A stretch of 64,000 nucleotides of DNA from a virus: IMG/VR virus record IMGVR_UViG_3300043478_000034; one strand, written 5' to 3'. The notes beneath the pieces are model-generated. The model searched no databases. It was not told where the DNA came from and saw only the letters and a list, made by a program, of their open reading frames with translations. The position numbers were made by a program, and so were the translations under genes. Below, piece by piece: positions 26,801 through 36,700 of this stretch; positions within the stretch are counted from its first letter, which is position 1; every line of letters begins with the position of its first letter.

Positions 26801-29619
26801 TAGTACCCGTAGTACTCGCCCTGTTAGTGACTAACTCCCTCGCCGCCCAAGGGACAATCCAGTACTCGTGGCAGGGGCCGGTGGAGATGTTGCCCAGTGC
26901 TATCTCACTTGGGGGCGATACGGGGGAATTTCGATTCAACTCTATCCGCTCATCCAATGACAAGTTCGTTGGCCTACGCGCCCCGCAGACATTAGTCAAC
27001 TCCTACCGTATGCGCTTCCCTGAAGGCCCCGGTTCGCAGGACAACTGCCTCAAGCGCGGCACCGGCGCGGCCATGAGTGACAACATCTACGACTATGCCC
27101 TGTACTTCGGGGCATGTGCCGGGGAGGGGCAGGACTGGATAAGTGCGGTACAGGATGGCGCATCCAATAACCATAACAGTACCGTCTACTCCCCTAACCA
27201 GGGTGACCGTGTGGGTTGGCGTGTGATACGCAGTCGTGGCACTGTACTCGCCCCAGAAAACGTCCTGGTCAACGACTACGTGTCAAGCGAGGAGTACTCA
27301 GCACTAATTGGTGGCAGTGTCTTCCCAGTCTTCGGTGTCAAGGTCATCCGCACCACCAATACCCCCACCTCTATTGGCACGATGGCATTCCAAACTAACG
27401 ACGCCGCCGGGGTGCCGTATAACAAGCTGATCATCAACGATAACGTCTACATCGACAACGGCCACCTTGGCTCGTCCACTATTCGAGTGCCCAAAATCTG
27501 GGTGCATGACTTCGACTGTGACGGCACCGGCTGTCCCGCTGGCGGTGGGTATTGGTTCCGCGATAGCACCGCTGGCTACGTTAGACCAATGACCGCTACT
27601 GATGATGTGCGTACACGGGCTAAGTTCGTATTCGAAGAACCCCAGTTCGGCGTTGTCACCATGGATATACTGGCACAGGTTGGGAATCCCGCCACCAGCA
27701 CAATCTCTATGGCGTTTCGTGACATGGCCGGTGCGGAGATGCTGCGGATGGAACGCCAATTCCTGGGCACCACATCCAACACCGCCACCATGGATATGCA
27801 CTTCATACCCAAGGCCAAGAACACCTACACACTAGGCTCGGCCTCGCCAGCGGATCGCTACTGGTCTGCGTCATACGTCACCAACATGTACGCGGCCACT
27901 ATCCGCCCTGCCGCCGATGCCCTCAGCCGTGTGCGGTCATTTGGCAACTGGGACCCGTCAGCGAGTGATACGTGGAGCCTGGGGGAGACCGATTTTAGAT
28001 GGAAGACCCTGTTTGTCAAGGATCTTGATTGCACTGGTAACTGCGGCCATTGGTACCGCGACGCCACTGCGGGATGGGTGCGGCCAGGGGTGGTCACCGA
28101 CGATGTGCGGACCAGGGCCAAGTTTGTATTCGAAGAACCACAATTCGGCGTAGTGACCATGGACATAAGAGCGGAGGTGGGCAACCCGGCGACATCCACT
28201 ATCGCTATGGCATTCCGCGATATGGGCGGCGGTCAGATGTTGAGACTGGAGCGCCAGTTCCTGGGCACCACCTCCAACAAGGCTACCTTTGAAATGTCCA
28301 TCCTGCCATCGGCGGCGAATACCTATTTCATTGGGGGCGACACCGCTACTGGCTGGTGGTCGCAGTCGTATGTGACCAACATGTACACCGCGTCAGTGCG
28401 GCCCAAGTCGGCGATTCCCAATAACATCAGTGCCTATGCGAACTGGAACCCAAGCGCGACCGACACATGGTCACTGGGGAATGCGGATAGTCTACGCTGG
28501 TTGAAACTGTGGGTGAAAGACATTGATGCATACGGTACCGCAACCGTGGGCAACTTGAACGTAACCAACATCGTATGTACCGGTAGCTGTCCCGGCCAAT
28601 CCTACTGGATGCGCGAACCCACCCTCGGCTATGTGCGCCCATTGACCCGCACCGATGATGTACGCACCGGGGCGAAGTTCGTGTTCGAGGACGCCCTTGG
28701 CGGCGTGATGCAGGACATTATGGCACAGACGGGCAACCCCGCCACACAAACCATATCCATGGCATTTCGCGACAACGCTGGCACCGAGTACCTGCGAATG
28801 GAACGGCGCTTCCTGGGCACCGCATCCAACATCGCCACCATTAGTTTGAACTTCGTACCAAGTGCCGCCAACACCTATAACCTGGGGTCGGCATCACCGG
28901 ATAGGTACTGGTCGCAGTCGCATGTCACCAACATGTACGCGGCGACCATACGGCCCAAGACAGGTACCACCATCGACTCATATGGTGCTCTACTCCCCTC
29001 AGCGGACAACAATGCCAACCTCACCATCGGCAATGCGTCCCAGCGTTGGTACCAAGTGTATGCGATGGGGGTGCAAACGAACGGCATATCCGGTATAAGC
29101 GGTAGTGGGCAAATACTCTCCTATGGGCACTTCATACCGGCGGCAACCTCCACGTATAACCTAGGCGCATCCAGCGTGCGGTGGAACTATGTGTATACCA
29201 GCAACCTGGACACCACGAATTTCTCGGTCTCGGCGCTCACCGTAAATACTCTCACTGTCAATGGGACATCTACCATGCGGCAGATCAACCCATCGACTGG
29301 TGGCACCTATGACTTGGGATCGACATCGTCTGGCACATGGAAGGACATACACCTTAGCGGCAAGGCATACCTTACGGCTATCAAGGCCGAGTCCGGGTCG
29401 AACTTCAACATCGAGTCGCCGTTCCGCCCTGATATCGGCAACAGCCACGACATGGGGCAGTCCAGTGCCCGGTTTAGAACCGTCTATGTGAACACTGTGG
29501 ACTTCAGCAACGGCATCACCGCCAATGGATCGGTGGGCATGTCCAGGACCGCTTACATGAATAACAGCGGGTGCTTTTTGCAGTTCCAACTTGGGGTATT
29601 GATTAACTCGAACTGTTAG
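26758..29619 (+). CDS. tail fibre/spike-like protein with three tandem ~165-aa repeats
   Basis: 953 aa. The block DDVRT(R/G)AKFVFE...GNPAT.TI(S/A)MAFRD...(R/Q)FLGT(T/A)SN...YVTNMY(A/T)A(T/S)(I/V)RP occurs three times. The start is uncertain: a palindrome copy lies at codons 23-26, and in-frame GTG 26881 and ATG 26887 lie downstream. Confidence 0.7.
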   Translation: MDNAIVSRLHAYAIVVPVVLALLVTNSLAAQGTIQYSWQGPVEMLPSAISLGGDTGEFRFNSIRSSNDKFVGLRAPQTLVNSYRMRFPEGPGSQDNCLKRGTGAAMSDNIYDYALYFGACAGEGQDWISAVQDGASNNHNSTVYSPNQGDRVGWRVIRSRGTVLAPENVLVNDYVSSEEYSALIGGSVFPVFGVKVIRTTNTPTSIGTMAFQTNDAAGVPYNKLIINDNVYIDNGHLGSSTIRVPKIWVHDFDCDGTGCPAGGGYWFRDSTAGYVRPMTATDDVRTRAKFVFEEPQFGVVTMDILAQVGNPATSTISMAFRDMAGAEMLRMERQFLGTTSNTATMDMHFIPKAKNTYTLGSASPADRYWSASYVTNMYAATIRPAADALSRVRSFGNWDPSASDTWSLGETDFRWKTLFVKDLDCTGNCGHWYRDATAGWVRPGVVTDDVRTRAKFVFEEPQFGVVTMDIRAEVGNPATSTIAMAFRDMGGGQMLRLERQFLGTTSNKATFEMSILPSAANTYFIGGDTATGWWSQSYVTNMYTASVRPKSAIPNNISAYANWNPSATDTWSLGNADSLRWLKLWVKDIDAYGTATVGNLNVTNIVCTGSCPGQSYWMREPTLGYVRPLTRTDDVRTGAKFVFEDALGGVMQDIMAQTGNPATQTISMAFRDNAGTEYLRMERRFLGTASNIATISLNFVPSAANTYNLGSASPDRYWSQSHVTNMYAATIRPKTGTTIDSYGALLPSADNNANLTIGNASQRWYQVYAMGVQTNGISGISGSGQILSYGHFIPAATSTYNLGASSVRWNYVYTSNLDTTNFSVSALTVNTLTVNGTSTMRQINPSTGGTYDLGSTSSGTWKDIHLSGKAYLTAIKAESGSNFNIESPFRPDIGNSHDMGQSSARFRTVYVNTVDFSNGITANGSVGMSRTAYMNNSGCFLQFQLGVLINSNC
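26823..26835. repeat. GTTAGTNACTAAC palindrome, copy 19/42 (centre G)
   Basis: In frame (LVTN, codons 23-26 of 26758..29619). 22 nt after the stop of 26135..26800. Confidence 0.95.
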
Positions 29620-29627
29620 TAACTAAC
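29615..29627. repeat. GTTAGTNACTAAC palindrome, copy 20/42 (centre A)
   Basis: Contains the TAG stop of 26758..29619. 18 nt before ATG 29646. Confidence 0.95.
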
Positions 29628-29645
29628 TAAGGAGAACAGAAACGA

Positions 29646-30035
29646 ATGATCCGCATCACATTCCTACTCATTGTCCTGGCCCACGTCGTCCTCGCCCAGG
29701 TGCCCACGGCACTCAATGCCAAGGCCGAGACAACCAGTAAGCCTATCGAGGTCTCCAAGGATGACCAGCTGAAGAACCTGCAACTGATCAACAATGCACG
29801 CGCAGTGGAGAACATGATTCATAGACTCAAGACTGAGTACGAGAATCGCAAGACCCAGCTTGAGACAGAACAGCGTGCCAAACTTGAGGACTATGGTCGC
29901 TTCATCGAGGCCAAACGCCGGGAGTACAAGCTGAGTAACGACTACGAGATAGACATCGACAAGGGCCTGTGGGTGGATCGTAAGGCCCTCGACGCTGAAG
30001 CTGCGGCCAAGGCGAAACAGGCACCACCGCAGTAA
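29646..30035 (+). CDS. secreted/periplasmic coiled-coil protein
   Basis: 129 aa. Signal-peptide-like MIRITFLLIVLAHVVLAQVPTALNA followed by a charged helical region. Start context: palindrome, TAAGGAGAACAGAAACGA, ATG. Confidence 0.6.
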   Translation: MIRITFLLIVLAHVVLAQVPTALNAKAETTSKPIEVSKDDQLKNLQLINNARAVENMIHRLKTEYENRKTQLETEQRAKLEDYGRFIEAKRREYKLSNDYEIDIDKGLWVDRKALDAEAAAKAKQAPPQ

Positions 30036-30045
30036 CATTACCGTA

Positions 30046-30058
30046 GTTAGTCACTAAC
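30046..30058. repeat. GTTAGTNACTAAC palindrome, copy 21/42 (centre C)
   Basis: 10 nt after the stop at 30035. The hairpin CGGGGGTAAACCCCCG follows. Confidence 0.95.
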
Positions 30059-30132
30059 CGGGGGTAAACCCCCGTACCCCAACCGCCACCCGTCAAGGGT
30101 GTACAATTGTCACCTAGGAGTCCATCACCCCC

Positions 30133-31755
30133 ATGGCTGCTGCCGCGATACCCGCATTGATCTCCACTGTAGTTCCCATCCTCTTCAAGATATTTGGCTC
30201 GGGCAAGAATGCCGAGACCAAAAAAGCCGAGGCAATGCCCGATTACTTCTTCCAAGTAATGAAGGATCTCCTCCAGGATGCCAACCTCACCAAGGACCAT
30301 GCAGATATCTATTGGAACCACTACGTGGGCAAGGTCCAAGAAATGCAGGAGCAGGGGTTTGGCAGTCCCGAGGAAATCATGGGCCGGGGGAGCACCGTCA
30401 TCCGTGACGAAGGCCAGGAGGACGCACGCAAACAGGAGACCAAGGTATTAGACGAGCGGTTCCGCAATGGGCCTAATGCGGAGACCACCTGGGGCGATGT
30501 AAGTGCAATTCTCGACCAGATGGGCATTGGCGCGGGTGCCACATTTGATGCCGCCGAAGGTCTCATCCGCGACGCCAATGGCCGCATCGTGGGCGAGATC
30601 AACGACGTAGAGAAGAAGATCCTGGAGATGACGGGGTCTACGTTTGACGCCGCCACCGCCATCCACGACAAGCTCTATGGGGAACTTCGTACCCGCATGG
30701 GTGCTGGCTTCACGGAGCAGCGCGGCCAGCTTAATAAGTTTGAGACCGACGCCACCCGCGCCCTGGAGGGTGAGTACAAGGTAGATGCCAATGCGGCCCT
30801 AGATAAGGCATTCAATCCCGATGCCACCAGTGCGCGTACAGGTAGAGCATTCGCCCCAGCGGCGGCGGCAGCGGCATTTAGAGCAAGGCGTGCGGGGCTG
30901 GGCGACACCGACCCAACCTACAATGCCATGCAGTCCCGGGTGGAGGCAAGCAGGTCACGTGCCGTGGATGATGCCCTATCCCTCGATGCCGAGAAACTCG
31001 CACAGGGCAGGCTTGGCATTAGTAACAAGGTACTGGATACCCGGCTTGGCATTGGCGGGAAAGTTCTCGACACCGGCCTGAGCATTAGCCGCGACGAGAT
31101 GGGCAAGGACATCAACCTGTCTACGGCAGATGAGGCAATACGGCGGGGTCTCATATTGGATCGCGGTGCTATCGACAGAGACACTGTAGACACTGCGGCA
31201 ACGCGCCGTATCAACGAAGACATACGTACTACCGGTCTCAACCTCAACAATACCTACCGCTACCAGGACGAGTCCAACAAGGTCTATGCCGGTCGCATTG
31301 CCGCCGCCACCGACAAGTTAACCAACAGCCGCGCGGATCTCGCCATTGCCGCTGGCCTCGCCGACCGGCGCAACGAAGATCGCGAGTATGGCAACCAGTT
31401 GCGTGAACGCCAGTATAACCTGGGTATGGGGTTCACTACCGCGGATCTGGCGCGTAAGGACAGGGGCACTGCTGCTGAGGGTGCGGCGGCGAGTAGTGAA
31501 TATGACCGCGCCTACCGCGATTTCGTGGCCGCTGGTGGCTTCGGTCAACAGGCGTCACAGGGTTATAACGCTAATGCTGCACGCGCCAATGCTGCCGGTG
31601 GGGGATTCTCCAGCTTAGTAAGCAGTCTCGCCGCCATTGGGGGCCGCGCAGCCACCGACTACTTCGCCGGTCGCAGCGGCGGCGGTGGCGGTGCTCCCAG
31701 TACCAAGATGCCGTCCGACGACCCGGAAGGTACGGGCGAATATGGGAATAACTAG
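30133..31755 (+). CDS. putative internal virion/ejection protein
   Basis: 540-aa ORF with a TAGGAG SD. Helical, with a Gly-rich C-terminus. Assigned by position next to the giant ORF. Confidence 0.6.
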   Translation: MAAAAIPALISTVVPILFKIFGSGKNAETKKAEAMPDYFFQVMKDLLQDANLTKDHADIYWNHYVGKVQEMQEQGFGSPEEIMGRGSTVIRDEGQEDARKQETKVLDERFRNGPNAETTWGDVSAILDQMGIGAGATFDAAEGLIRDANGRIVGEINDVEKKILEMTGSTFDAATAIHDKLYGELRTRMGAGFTEQRGQLNKFETDATRALEGEYKVDANAALDKAFNPDATSARTGRAFAPAAAAAAFRARRAGLGDTDPTYNAMQSRVEASRSRAVDDALSLDAEKLAQGRLGISNKVLDTRLGIGGKVLDTGLSISRDEMGKDINLSTADEAIRRGLILDRGAIDRDTVDTAATRRINEDIRTTGLNLNNTYRYQDESNKVYAGRIAAATDKLTNSRADLAIAAGLADRRNEDREYGNQLRERQYNLGMGFTTADLARKDRGTAAEGAAASSEYDRAYRDFVAAGGFGQQASQGYNANAARANAAGGGFSSLVSSLAAIGGRAATDYFAGRSGGGGGAPSTKMPSDDPEGTGEYGNN

Positions 31756-31758
31756 GCA

Positions 31759-31771
31759 GTTAGTCACTAAC
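31759..31771. repeat. GTTAGTNACTAAC palindrome, copy 22/42 (centre C)
   Basis: 3 nt after the stop at 31755. A TATAAT box follows 8 nt later. 28 nt before ATG 31800. Confidence 0.95.
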
Positions 31772-31799
31772 CCGGGTATATAATCGAGGAACATTCGCC

Positions 31800-33797
31800 A
31801 TGGCAACATCATTTATTGATCCACGCACCTACGGCGTATTATCGGATGACGAGAAGGCGTTTAAGATGCGCCAACTCTACCCGCAGATGTTTGTCAACAG
31901 CGACGATCCCACTTACCCGGGTGGCTTTGGCCAGAACATCGACTACAGTGGATATGGTAATGGGGCGACCCCAGCGACACCAGCGGCGGCACCAACACCA
32001 GCAGTATCCCCAGTAGGCTCACCCGGTACCGCTGGTGGTGGCGATGCTGCGGCCAAGCTAGCCAGCGAGATGGGTCCTAACTCCCCCGGGGCCTCGCAAG
32101 TGCCACCGTCATTCGTCGAGAAGTACGGCGGCTGGGGCGGGGAGGTGCAGGGGGGCGCAACATCCACCACTGCCGATGGCACCCCCGATCCCATGGGCGG
32201 CTGGGGCGGGACCCCCAATGCCACCCCACCCAAGACCTTAGTGAGTGATCAACAGGCTAGGTCCCAGTCCAACGTTGACCCAGGCATTTACCGCGAGGCC
32301 CAGGACAAGGGCAGGGACGAGGGCATCAATAGGCCACCCCCCGCCGGTGCCGGTAAAGATGAGGGCATCTACATGGGTGGGCCACTAGGGGTACCAGATA
32401 CTACGCCAACCCCCGCACCGCCTGCCACTCCCGCCGGTCCACCCATGGCCATCCCCAAGTCCAGCGGCCAACTTACGTCCCCCACAGGCGCACTGGGTTC
32501 CATTGTGCCAGCCTTACGTACACCAGCGTTACCCTCCACTGTTCCACCGGCCCCGGCACGGCGGCTGCAACCGCCACAGGATCGTGTCGCACTGTATCAA
32601 AAGCTACGCCCCTACCCGGGCATGTCACGGTCTGAGAAGATGTCGAACATGATCGCCGCCGCCTTTGCCTCTGCCTCGCAACCGGGGACAGGTAATGATT
32701 TCAAGGATGCGGCACGCGCATTTGCTCAAGGCAACGTCGCCTACCAGGGCATCAAGGACCAGGACCGGGCTACCCGGGCCAACTATGCGACGTCGGTACT
32801 TGGTCAACTTGCTGCACAGGAAGAGGCGGCACGCAAGGGCGCGGACACAGAGGCTGATATATACAAAAAATACGGTGAGGGCTACAAGGAATACAGCCAG
32901 GGCGGCAACTTGCAGGCTGCTTCCCGTAACATGCTGGAGTTCACCGGCCCGGCGTCACTAAAAACTGCTGAGGCTGCTGTCCAACGGGCCGCAACCGAAG
33001 ACTGGGACAAGCGCACCGCATTGCATAACGCCCCGGAGGGCACGACCATAGTACGGCGCGACCCACGCACGGGCCTGCCCATCAAGGTTGAGACGACTGC
33101 CAAGACATACGCGCCAGACGCCGCCGAGACCAAGATCAACGCCAATGTGCGCGCCATGTACATCTACGAGCAGTTAAACGGTGGCCCACTCACCGCAGAG
33201 CAGTCAACAGCGGCGTGGCGTGCCATGAACAACATGGACCCCAAGGTTATGGGTGGCACTGGCGCACTTGCCCAGGCGTGGCGGATAGGTAACATAGAGG
33301 ACCCGGCTGAACGTGCAAGGCAGACCAAGCAATTACTCGAAGCTGGTAACCTTGCCCAGAGGGTCACCCCGCCGCAGCAGACCGTATTGCAAATGCCGCT
33401 GGGCGAGACCGTCAAAGGGAAGGGTATCTCCGAACTCACCCAGAGGCACGTCAGGCAGTTCACGGGCAAGGACGGCGTCGTCGATTACCAGAAGTACATT
33501 GCCGCCGCGATGAACGGCGAATTGGACAAGACCGGGTATACACAAGTGCGTGATGTGGACTGGCAGAACAGCCTGATGCAGGCATGGCAGGAGCAGAATC
33601 AGGCCAGGAAGACGAGTGGACCGCCGAAGCTCGACAGCATAAAGGACAGGACCGGGGCGGCGAATAAGAAGAAGGAAGAAGAGGCGGCGAAGCTAGACCC
33701 GGCGGCAGCAGCAGCAGTGCAGTCCATGGCCAAGATGGTGAAGGAACGCAAAGAGGCGGCGTTGAAGGCGAAGTCACAGAAGGGCGGGTGGAACTAA
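31800..33797 (+). CDS. putative internal virion/ejection protein (Pro/Gly-rich N-terminal half)
   Basis: 665-aa ORF with a CGAGGAAC SD. Confidence 0.6.
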   Translation: MATSFIDPRTYGVLSDDEKAFKMRQLYPQMFVNSDDPTYPGGFGQNIDYSGYGNGATPATPAAAPTPAVSPVGSPGTAGGGDAAAKLASEMGPNSPGASQVPPSFVEKYGGWGGEVQGGATSTTADGTPDPMGGWGGTPNATPPKTLVSDQQARSQSNVDPGIYREAQDKGRDEGINRPPPAGAGKDEGIYMGGPLGVPDTTPTPAPPATPAGPPMAIPKSSGQLTSPTGALGSIVPALRTPALPSTVPPAPARRLQPPQDRVALYQKLRPYPGMSRSEKMSNMIAAAFASASQPGTGNDFKDAARAFAQGNVAYQGIKDQDRATRANYATSVLGQLAAQEEAARKGADTEADIYKKYGEGYKEYSQGGNLQAASRNMLEFTGPASLKTAEAAVQRAATEDWDKRTALHNAPEGTTIVRRDPRTGLPIKVETTAKTYAPDAAETKINANVRAMYIYEQLNGGPLTAEQSTAAWRAMNNMDPKVMGGTGALAQAWRIGNIEDPAERARQTKQLLEAGNLAQRVTPPQQTVLQMPLGETVKGKGISELTQRHVRQFTGKDGVVDYQKYIAAAMNGELDKTGYTQVRDVDWQNSLMQAWQEQNQARKTSGPPKLDSIKDRTGAANKKKEEEAAKLDPAAAAAVQSMAKMVKERKEAALKAKSQKGGWN

Positions 33798-36700
33798 ATG
33801 CCAGCGGAAACCTACGAGAACTTGATCACACGGCTACGCAAGGCCGACGTCAATGGGGATCTAAAGGACTTCACCGATGCGGAGTTAGTCACTAACGCCA
33901 AGCAGTTCGACCCCAAGTCATTTGGAGAAGTCGTCACTCCCGGCGAGGCCGCAGAGAGATCCATCATGGGACGGGGTGGACCAGCGGCAATGATCCCGCC
34001 GCCACCTGCCGCCGCCGTCACTCCCATCCCGGGACAGGACCTAGTACGGGCAGGGCGTGAAGCTGGCGGGTCGTGGTTGCCCGGTGGCGTCAACGATTAC
34101 CTTGACCGCCTCAAGTACTCCCTGGTGGATTCGCCAATTGAAACTGCCCGTGGCGTCGTTGGTGGCGCACTCAAAGGCGTGGGCGATCTGGCCAACCTGG
34201 GCAACGAAGCCTATGCCAAAGCCGCTGGCGTGGTTGGTGGGGATCGCACTGACCGTGTCGTTGGCCCTGCCTTGAAAGCCGCTGGTCAATGGGCATCTGG
34301 TGGCGACCCCAATAATCCTACGTTCGGTACCCAGGCAGCAGAATTAGCAGGTAGTATCGCCCCTGGTGCGATCCCTGGACTAGGCGCGGTGGGTGCCGCC
34401 CAAAAGATAGTCGCACCCGCGAAGTTGCTTACCCGGGCGTTGACTAGTGGTACGGCACAGGGCTTGGCCGAAGGTGCCCGTACATGGCTCACCCCCGAGG
34501 AGGAGCGGGTCAAGGGGCAGCGGGGCGCATTGGCAGAGACCGGGGTGCAGGGCGTCATTGGCGTACTCAGCGATGCGGTCGCCGGTAAACTTGTTGATCG
34601 GCGTCTCATCAACAGTGCAGTACAAGCTGGTCTCGGCTACATTGGTGCCGCCCCCGGGCAGGAGGTCCAGGGCGCGGGTATTCAATGGCTCCTGGCGACA
34701 CTCATGCATGGCAAGCCACCGATGGCACAGCCTGGACCGGGTGCCGGACCCACTGCTGCCGCCACTGCCGCCGGACTCGCCACCCCTGGCCCCGCTGGCC
34801 CCGCACCGGCCACTGGCCACGCTGGTGGTGCCCCCAGCCGCCCAGACGCCGCAACCATGACCGATACGGTACCCAAGCCAGCGGCATTCGGTATGCAGGA
34901 TATTGTCCAGCCCAAAGGCCCACAGGGAGTCATGCCGGGGATTGCCACGCCCCGTCCAGCCGCCGACATGGGTGCGGCACTTGGGACCACTCCCCCCGAT
35001 GTGACCACTGGTGCGGTGCCGCCGCTTGGCCGTCCACTCGGCCCACCGATACCAGAAACTGGCCCAGCCCCAGGCGTGTGGCCACCGCCGCCAGATTACG
35101 GCACGGGGCCGGTACCGGGTATCGAGACAGGGACGCTCCCGCCACCACGGGGGCCACTGGTTGGTCCAGAACCTGCACCGGGGCCGACCCCGGGTACTAC
35201 ACCGGCACCGCTGCCAGCGGATCTCATCGGCGGGTTCGAGACCGCCACGCCAGCACCGGCACGACCGGCACCGGATCTAATGGGGGGCTTCTTCCCCGGG
35301 ACACCACGTCCGCCAGTGGATCAGGGTGGTGGGCCGGGGACGCTGACCAACGACTTCTACCGCGACAAGGACCGGCCCCGTCCCGGGCAACCAGTTGATA
35401 TTGCCAGCTTCTACCAGCCGCCGCCGCGTGTTGGCATGTTGGGTAGCCCAGCAGATGTAGGGGCAGTACCCAGCATGGAGATCGGGACCGGCAACCTTGG
35501 CCAGCGGGGGCCAGCGGGGAGTGATACTGGGTATGTACCACCCGGTGTACCCCCCGGCACGACCCCGGCACCGCCACTGCCGCCCAACCTGCGGGAAGCC
35601 CCACCAGCGCCACCAGCACCATTGCCCACGGGGTTGCCCACGCCCGACAGTCCATTTGGCCGTGCCGTCCCGCCCAGTCCCTGGCCACCATTAGCTCCCC
35701 GCACTGGTACTGGGTTGCCTATGTCGCTGCGGCCAACCACACCGGATTTGCCATATGGGGCGGCATCACCATTGCCTCGTCCCGTGGGTGCAGAGCCACA
35801 GCCATTTGGCCCACAGCCTGCGCCCCGTGTGACTGGTAGGGGTGCGATGGAACCACCGCCACCACTAGCCCCGGTTGATGGCACCCTCTCGCCCACGCAA
35901 CAGCAGGAGATGCTGGACTTGACGGGTGGACGTGAGGCCGCGCCCGGGGTAGGCGAGACCCCAGTAGACCCACGGGATATTGGGTTAGTGACTAACCGGC
36001 CTGCGCCCACTACCCCAGAGGGCATGATTATCGAGGACATTGACCGGCCACAGGGTGATACTGAGACCGCCAATGCCCCAGTGGGGGGTGCCGAGCGACG
36101 CCGCCGTCTCCTCGCTGAACGTACCAAGGCCAAGTTCGCCGACCCCAACTTTGTTCCCCCCACTAAAACCCCATCCATGCTGGTGGGCAAAGGCGGACAG
36201 GTAAAAAAAAAAGTAGACGCTAGCGGTGATGGCGATGTCGTACAGCGCAACTCCACCCTGACCAACGCCTACGATGTGGCCAATCAACTTGCGGCACTGC
36301 GCGACCCCGAGTCCCAGGCGTTACTCGCCGAGTTGCAGCAACTACTCGCGGAGGCCGAGCGGCTTGCCAAGGCATCCCAGGCCAGGGCCAAGAAATCAGG
36401 CTGGGACCCACTCGACCCACTTGGCATCAACGGTGGCCGGAATGGGCCGATGCTCAACCCCGAGGAGACACTACAGTTTACTGATGAGGTGCTGCAAGAT
36501 GTCAAGACGCAGTTCAAGAAACGTCCTGGCCACACCAATACCCTGTATGTGAACCGGGAGGCTATGGATGTGATTGACTCCCTGTTCGGCGGCAATATGA
36601 TAGACTCCACCACGCATGGTGCCAACATCAAGCCCCATGGCCGCGACATGATCCAGGACCGGCTGATGGAACGGTTCCACATGATGAATGGCCTGTCCCC

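Noticed and set aside
26758-29619. A possible diversity-generating retroelement (template/variable repeat pair) in the repeated fibre genes.
   Set aside because: No reverse transcriptase gene was seen. Differences between repeats spread over all bases, mostly at synonymous positions, and are not adenine-specific.
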